A stretch of DNA of 48,449 bases from Acidobacteria bacterium RIFCSPLOWO2_12_FULL_67_14b (lineage in GTDB: Bacteria > Acidobacteriota > Vicinamibacteria > Vicinamibacterales > UBA2999). Below are positions 36,428-46,167 of this stretch, one piece after another (position 1 is the stretch's first letter; every line of letters starts with the position of its first letter). Location: assembly GCA_001768615.1 (NCBI GenBank), contig MELE01000041.1, forward strand, positions 43,108 to 91,556, read 5' to 3'. The position numbers and the translations under genes were made by a program. The notes beneath the pieces are model-generated. The model worked only from the letters and a program-made list of their open reading frames with translations, searched no databases and had not been told where the DNA came from.

Positions 36428-39058
36428 ATGTGCGCGCGGCTCATCGCTCTCGTGCTTGCGGTGCTCGTCTCGGGGTCGCTTGGCGCCCAGACGCCAACGG
36501 CCCCGGCCGCGATTCAATCCCCCGAGGCGTTCTTCGGGTTCCGGATGGGCGCGGATCGCGAGCTCGCCGACTGGCCCTCCCTGCAGCGCTACGTCGAGAC
36601 CGTCGCCGCCGCCTCGGATCGTGTAGACCTCGTCGATGCCGGCCCGTCTACTGAGGGACGCCGGCTGATCGCGGCCATCGTGACCGCGCCCGACAACCTC
36701 GCGCGCCTGGAAGAGATCCGGGCCAACAACATGCGGCTCGCCGATCCCCGCACGCTCGACGAGGCGGCCGCGATGGCCATGGCGGAGCGGCAACCGGCCA
36801 TCATCGCCATCGGCATGAGCATCCACGCGACGGAGATCGGCGCGACGCAGGCGGGGCCCGAGCTGCTCCACACGCTGGCCACCTCCCAGGATCCAGAGGT
36901 GCTCCGCACTCTCCGCGACATCGTCCTGATCCTCCTCCCGTCGCTCAACCCCGACGGCCACGTGATCACCGTCGATTGGTACCGGAAATGGAAGGGCACG
37001 GAATTCGAAGGCACCGGCATGCCGTGGCTGTACCACCGCTACGTCGGCCACGACATCAACCGCGATGCGTTCATGATGAACATGGCGGAGAACCGCACGC
37101 TGTCGGACTTCTTCTACCGCCGCTGGCATCCGCAGGTGTTTCTCACGATGCACCAGATGGGACCACGTGGCCCGCGGTTCTTCGTGCCGCCCAACATCGA
37201 TCCGATCGACCGCAACTACGACCCGCTGATCTGGCGGACCGCCGGCCTGCTCGGGCATGCGATGGCGCTGTCGCTCGAAGAGGATGGCCGCTCCGGCGTG
37301 CTCCAGAACGCGCTCTACGATTACTACTGGCCCGGCTACGAAGATTCAGCGCCGCTGGGCCATAACACCGTCAGCCTCCTCACCGAAGCGGCGGGGGTGC
37401 GCGTGGCGTCGCCGATCAACGTCGCCGCCGATCAGCTCGTCGGCGGCCGCGGCTTTCCCGATCACCGGCCGTCGACGACGTTTCCCCATCCGTGGCCCGG
37501 CGGCGACTGGCGCCTGCGCGACATCGTCGACTACGACCTGTCGGCCGCGCGCGGCCTGCTCGTTGCGGTCGCGCGCTACCGCGTGGAGCTGGTGCGCAAC
37601 TTCTATCGCATGGGCCAACGGCAAGTCGCGCTCGGGCTCAAGGGCGGGCCGTTCGCGTACATCATTCCGCCCGATCAGTTCGACGGGCACGCGGCGCGCA
37701 AGCTGATCCAGCTGTTGATCGAAGGCGCCGTGGACGTGCAGCGGACCCTCGAACCGTTCCGCGTCGCCGAAACCGTCTACCCGCAAGGCACCGACATCAT
37801 CCTGATGGCGCAGCCCTATCGCGCCTACGCCAAGACGCTGCTCGAAGTGCAGGAGTACCCCGTTCGCCGCCCCGCTCCGGGCGCCCCCGCCGATCGGCCG
37901 TACGACGTGGCGGGATGGACCCTGCCGCTGCAGATGAACGTCAGGGTCGATCGCATCGATCAGTATTTCGAGCCGCCGCCGACGACGCGGCTCGACCGGG
38001 CGCCCGTGGCCACCGCCCAGGTCTGGGGCGACACGAAGAAGGCCGGCTACTACGTGATCGACGGAAGGGGCAACGCGCCGAGCATCGCGATCAACCGGCT
38101 GCTCAACACCGGCGCCCGCGTGGCGTGGAGCACGGCGCCGATCGATCTGCAGGGATTCCACTACCAAGTGGGCGCCCTCGTCGTGGCCGACGCCAAGGGC
38201 GTGCGTGAAGCCGTTGCCGGGATTGCGCGCGACCTCGGCCTGCGCGCCACGGCCGCCGCCGGCCGCCCGCCGCAGGGGACGCGCGCCCTGTCGCGGGTGC
38301 GCGTCGGGCTGTACAAGCCCTGGGTCGAGAACATCGACGAAGGGTGGACGCGCTGGCTCCTCGAACAGTACGAGTTCCCCTTCGAGACGATCGCCGACGC
38401 GGACATCAAGCGCGGCGGCCTGCGCGACCGCCTCGACGCGATCGTGATTCCCGACCAGAGCGCCGAGCGGCTGATCAACGGGCACCCGGCCGGAACCATG
38501 CCTCCCGACTACGTGGGCGGCCTGGGCATGGAGGGCGCCGACATGCTGCGGCGGTTCGTCGACGCCGGCGGCACGCTGGTGGCCCTGGATTCGGCGAGCG
38601 AGTTTGCGGTGAACCTGCTCGGCGCGGCCGTGAAAGACACCACGCGCGGCCTGCCGCCCAACGAATTCTTCTGCCCGGGATCGGTCGTGCGGCTCGAGCT
38701 CGAGGCGGATCCATTGACCATGGGCGTGCCGGCGGAGACGGCAGGCTTCTTCAGCTTCGGCGGCGCCTTCGAGCTGGCGCCCGCGGCGTCAACCTCGCCC
38801 GAATCCTCGCCCTCGGCCACCGCTCGCATCGTCGGACGCTATTCGAAGAAGGACGTGCTCCTGAGCGGCTGGCTCGAGGGTGAACGGGTGATCGCCGGCA
38901 AGGGCGCGATGGTGGAGGTGACGTCGGGCCAGGGCCGGGCCGTGCTCTTTGCCTTCCGGCCGCAGCACCGCGGCCAGTCTCACGCGACGTTCCGCTTGTT
39001 CTTCAACGCCCTGCACACGGCCCAGAGCGCAGTTCCTGCGACATCTCGCAGCCGTTAG
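36428..39058 (+). CDS. Secreted M14-family zinc carboxypeptidase with a C-terminal GATase-like domain
   Basis: Signal peptide, SIHATE (HxxE), SLNPDG, GHDINRD, HQMG, YDVAGWTLP. Confidence 0.88.
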   Translation: MCARLIALVLAVLVSGSLGAQTPTAPAAIQSPEAFFGFRMGADRELADWPSLQRYVETVAAASDRVDLVDAGPSTEGRRLIAAIVTAPDNLARLEEIRANNMRLADPRTLDEAAAMAMAERQPAIIAIGMSIHATEIGATQAGPELLHTLATSQDPEVLRTLRDIVLILLPSLNPDGHVITVDWYRKWKGTEFEGTGMPWLYHRYVGHDINRDAFMMNMAENRTLSDFFYRRWHPQVFLTMHQMGPRGPRFFVPPNIDPIDRNYDPLIWRTAGLLGHAMALSLEEDGRSGVLQNALYDYYWPGYEDSAPLGHNTVSLLTEAAGVRVASPINVAADQLVGGRGFPDHRPSTTFPHPWPGGDWRLRDIVDYDLSAARGLLVAVARYRVELVRNFYRMGQRQVALGLKGGPFAYIIPPDQFDGHAARKLIQLLIEGAVDVQRTLEPFRVAETVYPQGTDIILMAQPYRAYAKTLLEVQEYPVRRPAPGAPADRPYDVAGWTLPLQMNVRVDRIDQYFEPPPTTRLDRAPVATAQVWGDTKKAGYYVIDGRGNAPSIAINRLLNTGARVAWSTAPIDLQGFHYQVGALVVADAKGVREAVAGIARDLGLRATAAAGRPPQGTRALSRVRVGLYKPWVENIDEGWTRWLLEQYEFPFETIADADIKRGGLRDRLDAIVIPDQSAERLINGHPAGTMPPDYVGGLGMEGADMLRRFVDAGGTLVALDSASEFAVNLLGAAVKDTTRGLPPNEFFCPGSVVRLELEADPLTMGVPAETAGFFSFGGAFELAPAASTSPESSPSATARIVGRYSKKDVLLSGWLEGERVIAGKGAMVEVTSGQGRAVLFAFRPQHRGQSHATFRLFFNALHTAQSAVPATSRSR

Positions 39059-39118
39059 CGTTGCAGTTTCTACGACGCGTTTCCGGCGCCAGGCCGGGAC
39101 TGTCAGCAAAACGGGCGG

Positions 39119-41536
39119 TTGCCACGCGGCGGCCCGTTTGCAGGACCCCGGCGCGTGGAATCCCCCACAGGCCCGTTCGCACCCGGAGACACCGTCACCG
39201 CCCGCGGCGAGCAGTGGAAGGTCAGCAGCGCCGATCGATTTGCCGGCTGCGCCGTGATCACGCTTGATGGCACAGGCGCGTCGAACGCCGGCGTGCGATC
39301 CACGCTGATCGCGCCGTTCGACACGATCGCCAAGGTCGTCTCCGGGAAGCCGCTCAGGCGGAGCCGCAGCTCGACGCTGCGCATCGCCCGCGCCGCGATC
39401 GCATCCGCGCGCCCCGCATGCGGCATCTGGACCGCGGCGGCGGCGAAGGTCGACCTGCTCGCGTATCAACTCGAGCCCGCGTTGGCGGTGCTCGCCGGCG
39501 CCACGCGCGTGCTCCTGGCGGATGCCGTTGGCCTGGGCAAGACCATCCAGGCGGGGCTGATCCTCACGGAACTGCTGGCGCGGGGCCTGGTGGATCGCGC
39601 GCTCATCCTCACGCCGGCTGGATTACGGGACACCTGGGCGGCCGAGCTGCGCAATCGGTTCGACCTTCGCCCGATCGTGTTCGACCAGGCGTCGGTGGCG
39701 ACCGCGCTCCATGGCCTGCCCGCCGGCGTCAACCCCTGGGCGTCGCACGCCATCGTGATTGCGTCGATCGACCTGGTGAAGCGGCCGGAGGTGCTCGCCA
39801 CCGTGGAAGGGGCGCCGTTCGACCTGGTGATCGCGGACGAGGCCCACCACCTGACGCCGGGAAGCGACCGCGGCGCGGCGGTGGAGCGCCTGGCCTCGCG
39901 CGCGCCTTGGGTGGTGCTGGCGTCGGCGACGCCGCACTCCGGAGACGATGCGGCATTCAACTACCTGACCCGGATCGGCGGCTCCGGCGATCGCATCACC
40001 GTGTTCCGCCGGACCCGTCACGAAGTGGGTGCGGGCATGGGCCGTCGCGTGCACCTGCTCGCCGTCACGCCATCAGGGGCGGAATCGCGCATGTTGCGCG
40101 CGGCGGAAGCCTACGCCCGCGCGATTTGGAACGGTGTGGGACAACGCGATCGCGGGGCGCGGCTGCTGGCCATCCTGCTGGCGCGGCGCGCCGCGTCGAG
40201 CGCCACCGCGCTCGAGCGCACGCTGACGCGCCGGCTCCACCTGCTGTCGGGCCGGGACGATCCGGCGGCGGAGCAGGCGTCGCTGCCCTGGGAAGACGCC
40301 GAGGAGGGCGACGGCGATGTGCCGGCTGAACTGCTGGGCGCGGCCGGCTTCGACGATCGGGCCTCCGAACAGTGCGTCCTCGAAGAGCTCGTCGCGGCGG
40401 CGACGGCGGCGCGCCACCACGCGTCGAAGATTCGGCTGATTGCGCGCCTGATTCGGCGCGTGCGTGAGCCTGCCGTGATCTTCACGGAGTACCGCGACAC
40501 GCTCGATGCGCTGGTGGAGGCGCTCGGCGGCGGCCACCGGATCCGGACGCTGCACGGCGGGCTGTCTGCCGGCCTTCGCCACCTGGCCCTCTCGGCGTTC
40601 ACCCACGGCGACGCCGACCTTCTGATCGCCACCGACACGGCGGGTGAGGGGCTCAACCTGCATCATCGCTGCCGGCTTGTGATCGATGTCGAGCTGCCGT
40701 GGAATCCGCGGCGGCTCGAACAGCGCGTGGGCCGCGTCGATCGCCTTGGCCAGACGCGGCGCGTCCACGCGATCCGGCTGCTCCACCGCGGGACCGTGGA
40801 AGAGACGGTGCTCGCGCGCCTGGAACGGCGGCGCATTCGCGCGGCCGCGGCGTTGGACGGCGAGCCCGACGCGTGGTTCGGCGAAGAGGATGTCGCGGCG
40901 GCGGCGTTAGGAGCGGCCGGGTGGCCGTCGCGCGCGCCGGCGCGGCTGGCATCCGCGGTGGTCGTGGCGGCGGCCGCCGAGGTCGAACGCGTTGCCCGCC
41001 AGCGTGCCGGCGGCAGCATGCGCGCAGCGCGTCGCGCGGTGTTGAGCCTTCCACGGCATCCCGCGAGGGCCGCGGCCCGCATGCTGCTCCTCTACCACTT
41101 GCGATCGGTGGGGCCGCTCGGACGAACGGCGGACGAATCGTTGCGCGCGCTGCTCGTCGAGCTGAGCCACAGGCCAACGACCCGTCGTGACTGGCAGGCG
41201 CGCATCGCCGATCTCGACCGCGATCCCCGGGTTCGGGCCGTGCTCGCGCACGAAGGCCTGAGGCACGCGGCGGAGATCGACTCGCAGCTCGCAGCGTTGC
41301 GCGAAGCCGTCCGGCAACGGGTGCAGGTGATCCGGGATCGCCTCCATCGCACGCTGCCGCGCGAGCTTCAGCCATCCATGTTCGATCGCCGCGTCGAGCG
41401 CGGCGCGATCCTCCATCAGCAGGCGATCGCCCGCCTGGACGCCGCGCTACGCCGCCGCATCGACGCCGTGACGCCTGCGGCGCCGCCGACGGTTCCGCGT
41501 CCGGTGTTGACGGCCGCCTGGCCCCTCGAGGTCTAG
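39119..41536 (+). CDS. SNF2-family helicase/ATPase (DrmD-like)
   Basis: YQLEP, LLADAVGLGKT, DEAHH, SATPH, IFTEY, GEGLNL, WNP..LEQRVGRVDR.GQ; start may be GTG 39155. Confidence 0.88.
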   Translation: MPRGGPFAGPRRVESPTGPFAPGDTVTARGEQWKVSSADRFAGCAVITLDGTGASNAGVRSTLIAPFDTIAKVVSGKPLRRSRSSTLRIARAAIASARPACGIWTAAAAKVDLLAYQLEPALAVLAGATRVLLADAVGLGKTIQAGLILTELLARGLVDRALILTPAGLRDTWAAELRNRFDLRPIVFDQASVATALHGLPAGVNPWASHAIVIASIDLVKRPEVLATVEGAPFDLVIADEAHHLTPGSDRGAAVERLASRAPWVVLASATPHSGDDAAFNYLTRIGGSGDRITVFRRTRHEVGAGMGRRVHLLAVTPSGAESRMLRAAEAYARAIWNGVGQRDRGARLLAILLARRAASSATALERTLTRRLHLLSGRDDPAAEQASLPWEDAEEGDGDVPAELLGAAGFDDRASEQCVLEELVAAATAARHHASKIRLIARLIRRVREPAVIFTEYRDTLDALVEALGGGHRIRTLHGGLSAGLRHLALSAFTHGDADLLIATDTAGEGLNLHHRCRLVIDVELPWNPRRLEQRVGRVDRLGQTRRVHAIRLLHRGTVEETVLARLERRRIRAAAALDGEPDAWFGEEDVAAAALGAAGWPSRAPARLASAVVVAAAAEVERVARQRAGGSMRAARRAVLSLPRHPARAAARMLLLYHLRSVGPLGRTADESLRALLVELSHRPTTRRDWQARIADLDRDPRVRAVLAHEGLRHAAEIDSQLAALREAVRQRVQVIRDRLHRTLPRELQPSMFDRRVERGAILHQQAIARLDAALRRRIDAVTPAAPPTVPRPVLTAAWPLEV

Positions 41537-41543
41537 CTCGCGC

Positions 41544-44500
41544 GTGGTGCCCGGGCTCCGCGGTCGGCTCGTCTCTCACGCCTACGTCGAGCAGCAGCTC
41601 CTGCCCGCGCTCGCGCGATCCGGACCCGACGCCGTCCACACCGCCGCTGCCCGCCGGCTCGGGCAGTGGTGGCGGCGGGTGAACCGTGCGCTCGGGCCGG
41701 CTTCCAGCGCCCGTGCCATCCTCGATGTGGCCGTCGCCCCGATGCTGGCGATCCTGGGCTACGGAACGCCGGCCCTCTCGTCACACGAGTGGGGCCTCGA
41801 CGGATCGATCGGTCCATCCGGCACGGCCCTCGTCGTGCTGCCCTGGTCCAGGTCGCCGGATTCGGCCTGGACCAGCGTGCTGCGGGCGGGCCTCGCCTCG
41901 AGCGCCCGCTGGGCGCTCGTCACCAACGGCCACACGCTCCGCATTGTCGACCTCTCGCGCGCGTGGACGCGTCACTCAGTGGAATTTCACCTCGGCGCGG
42001 CGCTCAGCGACGAGAAGGGCGTGGCGGCGTTGCTGGAACTCGCGAGCGCGCCGGCCGTCACCGGCGAAGCGGCCGTGGGCCGCAGCCTGGCCGCCGTGAT
42101 TGCGGAGTCGGATCGCTTCTCCGCGCGCGTCTGCCAGTCCCTCGGCAACGGCGTGCTGGCGGCCCTTCCGCAGCTGACGCAGGCGCTCAGCGCTCGTCCT
42201 CGTGGGGACAAACCTTCAGGTTTGTCCGGACCAGGCGAGAGCCCCTTCGACCAGGCGCTCACGGTGATCTACCGCGTGCTGTTTCTCCTGTTCGCCGAGG
42301 CGCGCGGGCTCGTGCCGATCTGGAACGACGTGTATCGCGAGGCGTACACGATCGACGCGCTCTGCCGGCGCGTGATCGAGCGGCCGGGCGCGCCCGGCCT
42401 GTGGGCCTCTCTTCAGGCGATTTCCCGGATGGCGCATTCGGGTTGCCGCGCCGGCGATCTCGACGTGACGGCGTTCAACGGCCGCCTGTTCTCGCCGTCG
42501 CAGACGCCGCTCGCCGACCGGCACCTGGTGCCCGACTCGGTGGCGCAAGCAGTGGTGCTGGCGCTGGCGACCATCGAGTCGCCCACCGGCCGCCATCGCA
42601 TCGCCTACCACGACCTCGGTGTCGAGCAGCTCGGCTCGGTGTACGAGCGCGTGCTCGAGCACGAGCCTGCGCGCCCGCCTTCGCCAGGGGCTCCGGCGAG
42701 GCAGGCGGGGCGGACGATCGTCCTGACGAAGACGTCCACCGAGCGCAAGTCCACGGGCAGCTTCTACACGCCTCGCGCGCTCACCGAGTTTCTCGTCCGG
42801 CGCACGCTCCATCCGCTCGTCGACGGCCGGACGGCCGACGAGATCCTCTCGCTGCGCGTCGTCGATCCGGCGATGGGCAGCGGCGCATTCCTCGTGGCCG
42901 CGTGCCTGTACCTCGCCGATCAGTGCGAGCACGCGTCGGTCCGGGACGGCGACTGGCACGCCGGCGAGGTGACGATGGCCGATCGCATCGGCCTTCGACG
43001 GGCGGTCGCGGAGCGATGCCTCTACGGCGTCGACGTGAATCCCACGGCGGTGCAGCTGGCGCGGCTCTCGCTGTGGCTCACCACCCTGGCCTCCGATCGC
43101 CCGTTGACGTTTCTCGATCACCACCTCGCCGTCGGCGACAGCCTGATTGGCGCCCGACTGCCCGATCTCGCCGGCCCGCCGCGCGCCACGCCCTCGCGAT
43201 CCAGGCGTGCCGTGCCGCAGCTCCCGTTGTTCGAGGACGATGTGGCACACATCGCGCGTGAGCGCGTGCTGCCCGAGCGCATCCGGCTTGCGCTCCAACC
43301 GTCCGACACGCTGGATGCGGTGCGGGCAAAGGAGCGGACGCTGGCGGCGCTCACCGGACCGGATGGCCCGTTCGCGAAATGGTCCGCGGCCGCCGACGCG
43401 TGGTGCGCGGCCTCGTTGTGGCCGGGATCGCCGCCCTCGCGCGCGCTGGTGGCCGAAGGCCTGGCCGGCGCGCTGGGCGCCGCGACCACCCTGCCGCGCG
43501 CGCAGATCGAGCACTGGCTGGCCGAGGCCCGCTCGATTGCGCGCAGGCACGCCGTGTTCCATTGGGAGCTGTCGTTTCCGGAAGTGTTCTTCGACGCGGC
43601 GGGACGGCCGCGCCCCGACGGCGGGTTCGACGCGGTGATGGGCAACCCGCCGTGGGACATGCTGCGCGCCGACACTGGATCGGCCGGCGACCGCCGGTCG
43701 GACCGCGATCGCACCGCGTCGTTGCTCCGCTTCTTCCGATCGTCGGGCACGTACGGCTGCCAGGGCAGCGGCCATCCCAACCGGTATCAGCTGTTTCTCG
43801 AGCGGGCGTGGCAGCTCGCCCGGCCGGAAGGGCGATGGGGAATGATCCTGCCGTCGGGGATTGCGACCGATCACGGCAGCGCCCTCCTGCGCCGGCGGCT
43901 GTTCGAGCGGCACACCGTGGATACGTGGCTGGGCTTCGACAACCGCCAGGCGATTTTCCCGATCCACCGGAGCGTCCGCTTCGTGGTGATGGCCGGCACC
44001 AATGGCGGTTCGACCGAACGGCTCGACATGCGTTGCGGCCTGCAGCACGCCGGCGTGCTCGAACGGCTGCCGAGCTCGCCGAACGACGGCGGCGCGCCGC
44101 GACCGATCTGCGTAACCCGTTCCCGGCTCGAGGCCTGGGACCCGGATCACCTGACCGTGCCCGAGATCACCTGCCAGGAGGCGCTTGGCATCCTCACCCA
44201 TGCCGCGGAGGTCGCACCTCGGCTCTCGTCGGCCGAGGGGTGGGGCGCGCGATTCGGGCGCGAGCTGAATGCGACCGACGACCGGCCACATTTCGTCGCG
44301 CGCCCGCACCCCTCGGCCCTGCCGATCGTCGAGGGCAAGCATTTGCGGCCGTTCCGGGTGGGGATCGACGAGACCACCGCCGCCATTCCGCGCGCGATCG
44401 CCGAACGGCTGATCGACTCTCGAACCAGCTTCGATCGCGTGCGGCTGGCATACCGGGACGTGGCCAGCGCGACCAACGCCGTCACGCTGATCGCCGCGCT

Positions 44501-44933
44501 GCTGCCGCGCCACACGCTGTCGACGCACACCCTGTTCTGCTTGAAGACCCCGCTCGACCTGCAGGCCCAGTGGTGCCTGCTCGCGCTGCTGAACAGCCTG
44601 GTGGCGAATTATCTCGTGCGGCTCCACGTCACCACGCACGTGACCACCGCCCTGATGGCGCGCCTGCCGGTGCCCAGACCGTCACGCCGGTCGAGCGCCT
44701 GCCGCGAGCTCACCGCCCTCGCCCGCGTGCTGGCCGCTACAGGCATCGACGCCGCCCCCGACGCCTACGCCCGGCTCAACGCCGTCGTCGCCGAGCTGTA
44801 TCAACTCTCTTCAGGTCAATACGAACACATCGTGTCGAGCTTCCCCCTCTTATCGAACGATCTACGACAGCGTTGCCTACAAACCCACAAACAAGCCACG
44901 GAAGCACGGAAAGGACTTCTGATTGCTCGGTGA
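41544..44933 (+). CDS. Large N6-adenine DNA methyltransferase (Eco57I/type IIG, DrmMI-like)
   Basis: LGSVYE, RKSTGSFYTP, motif I VVDPAMGSGAFL, LYGVD, FHWELSFPEVF, motif IV GFDAVMGNPPW, C-terminal TRD-like region. Confidence 0.9.
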   Translation: MVPGLRGRLVSHAYVEQQLLPALARSGPDAVHTAAARRLGQWWRRVNRALGPASSARAILDVAVAPMLAILGYGTPALSSHEWGLDGSIGPSGTALVVLPWSRSPDSAWTSVLRAGLASSARWALVTNGHTLRIVDLSRAWTRHSVEFHLGAALSDEKGVAALLELASAPAVTGEAAVGRSLAAVIAESDRFSARVCQSLGNGVLAALPQLTQALSARPRGDKPSGLSGPGESPFDQALTVIYRVLFLLFAEARGLVPIWNDVYREAYTIDALCRRVIERPGAPGLWASLQAISRMAHSGCRAGDLDVTAFNGRLFSPSQTPLADRHLVPDSVAQAVVLALATIESPTGRHRIAYHDLGVEQLGSVYERVLEHEPARPPSPGAPARQAGRTIVLTKTSTERKSTGSFYTPRALTEFLVRRTLHPLVDGRTADEILSLRVVDPAMGSGAFLVAACLYLADQCEHASVRDGDWHAGEVTMADRIGLRRAVAERCLYGVDVNPTAVQLARLSLWLTTLASDRPLTFLDHHLAVGDSLIGARLPDLAGPPRATPSRSRRAVPQLPLFEDDVAHIARERVLPERIRLALQPSDTLDAVRAKERTLAALTGPDGPFAKWSAAADAWCAASLWPGSPPSRALVAEGLAGALGAATTLPRAQIEHWLAEARSIARRHAVFHWELSFPEVFFDAAGRPRPDGGFDAVMGNPPWDMLRADTGSAGDRRSDRDRTASLLRFFRSSGTYGCQGSGHPNRYQLFLERAWQLARPEGRWGMILPSGIATDHGSALLRRRLFERHTVDTWLGFDNRQAIFPIHRSVRFVVMAGTNGGSTERLDMRCGLQHAGVLERLPSSPNDGGAPRPICVTRSRLEAWDPDHLTVPEITCQEALGILTHAAEVAPRLSSAEGWGARFGRELNATDDRPHFVARPHPSALPIVEGKHLRPFRVGIDETTAAIPRAIAERLIDSRTSFDRVRLAYRDVASATNAVTLIAALLPRHTLSTHTLFCLKTPLDLQAQWCLLALLNSLVANYLVRLHVTTHVTTALMARLPVPRPSRRSSACRELTALARVLAATGIDAAPDAYARLNAVVAELYQLSSGQYEHIVSSFPLLSNDLRQRCLQTHKQATEARKGLLIAR
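42202..42227 (+). repeat. GTGGGGACAAACCTTCAGGTTTGTCC palindrome in frame in the methyltransferase (GDKPSGLS)
   Basis: Identical to the ygfZ copy. Confidence 0.88.
42675..42709 (+). repeat. CCGCCTTCGC-family element in frame in the methyltransferase (PPSPGAPARQAG)
   Basis: CCGCCTTCGCCAGGGGCTCCGGCGAG resembles 25591 and 32060-32112. Confidence 0.6.
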
Positions 44934-45024
44934 AATCTCACCAAGCAGGTTCCGCCGCGGCAGAGCCGCGCCGGGAGGCACCGCTCCGCGCGCATGTGAG
45001 GCGTCCTGGTGCCGGGCGAACCCA

Positions 45025-45122
45025 ACGCAACGAGGGGGTGATTTCAGAAAAAGCGGGAAGATTACGGTGCGCTTCATGAGCGCATCCCAACGCTTTTTGC
45101 TGAAATCACCCCCTCGTTGCGT
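45025..45122. repeat. Long near-perfect inverted repeat (31/32-bp arms) between convergent genes
   Basis: ACGCAACGAGGGGGTGATTTCAG-AAAAAGCG ... CGCTTTTTGCTGAAATCACCCCCTCGTTGCGT. Confidence 0.85.
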
Positions 45123-45158
45123 GTGAGCCGCAGCGTACGCCGAACGAACGCGGCGTGA

Positions 45159-46094
45159 CTATTTTCTTGCCGGGCCCTCTTCCCACGGTTTCAGCACCGC
45201 GTACAGCGTCGAGATGATTGGCGTCGGCAATCCGTGCTTCTGCGCGCGGCGCACGGCCGCGCCTTGCAGCGCCTCAACCTCGATGCGCTTACCCTGCTCG
45301 AGGTCGATCAGCAGCGACGAGCGCGTCGTGGGCGGGATGTGGTCCATGTACTCCTTCAGCGTGTCGAACCGATTGGCTGAGATCGTCACGCCCTCGGCTT
45401 TCGCGATCGCCGCCACCTCGCGCGAGCAGGCGTAGAAGGTATCCCGCGCCCGCGGGTCCTTCCACAGGTGTCCGATCGGCAGGCGGGCGGCGCCGGTGAA
45501 TCCGGAGAACGCCACCAGGTAGACGAACTTGTCCCAGATCGGCACGCGCGCGTCCGGCACCGGGGTCACCTGGATGTCCGCGGTCGCCAGCACGTCCGCC
45601 AGGGCCTGCACGCGCGGCGTGATGCGGCGGCGATCGCCAAACACCTCGCCGAAGATGATCGACCGGTGCACGCCGGTCTGCACGATCAGCCCCGGCGCCT
45701 CGAGCGCAGTGGCCACGTAGGTCGTGCCGCCGAGCACGCGGGGCCCGCCCACCACCGCCGCGACTTCGTCCACGCTGTCGACGCCGTTCTGGAGCGTCAG
45801 CACCACGGTTTCCGGACCCATCATGGGCGCCAGCATCGGCAGCGCCGTCAGGTTGTCGTAGGCCTTCACCGAGACGACGGCCACGTCCACGGGACCGACC
45901 CGGGCCGTGTCGCTGTCGGCGGCAGCGCGGACGATGAAATCGCCGAGCTTGGCGCTCTTCACCTCGAGGCCCTTCGACCGGATGGCCTCCAGGTGCGCGC
46001 CGCGGGCGATGAACGTGACGTCCTGCCCCGCCCGCGCCAGTCTGGCGCCGAAGTAGCCGCCCACGGCCCCCGATCCCAATATCGCAAAACGCAT
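45159..46094 (-). CDS. panE: 2-dehydropantoate 2-reductase
   Basis: ILGSGAVGGYFG, VKAYD, LQNG, IWDK, SSLLIDLEQGKRIEVEAL.G. Confidence 0.9.
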   Translation of the reverse strand: MRFAILGSGAVGGYFGARLARAGQDVTFIARGAHLEAIRSKGLEVKSAKLGDFIVRAAADSDTARVGPVDVAVVSVKAYDNLTALPMLAPMMGPETVVLTLQNGVDSVDEVAAVVGGPRVLGGTTYVATALEAPGLIVQTGVHRSIIFGEVFGDRRRITPRVQALADVLATADIQVTPVPDARVPIWDKFVYLVAFSGFTGAARLPIGHLWKDPRARDTFYACSREVAAIAKAEGVTISANRFDTLKEYMDHIPPTTRSSLLIDLEQGKRIEVEALQGAAVRRAQKHGLPTPIISTLYAVLKPWEEGPARK

Positions 46095-46167
46095 GCAGCA
46101 AATGCTGCCACGGAACCACTCTGCCGTGTGCGCTTTTACGGCACTGGCTTGGTGCTAGAATTCGCTC

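Noticed and set aside
42243-42264. CCCTTCGACCAGGCGCTCACGG as another copy of the CCCTTCGAC...GCTCAGGG element
   Set aside because: The match is partial and it encodes FDQALT leading into the conserved YRVLFLLFAEAR helix, so it is probably ordinary coding sequence.
34346-44933. queF plus helicase/MTase as a 7-deazaguanine (Dpd) DNA-modification island
   Set aside because: There is no dpdA/tgt, queC, queD, queE or folE. QueF serves tRNA queuosine synthesis and is separated from the pair by unrelated genes.
46139-46155. Sigma-54 promoter before the amidohydrolase
   Set aside because: GGCAC is not followed by TTGC at the required spacing; an extended -10 (TGnTAGAAT) explains the site better.
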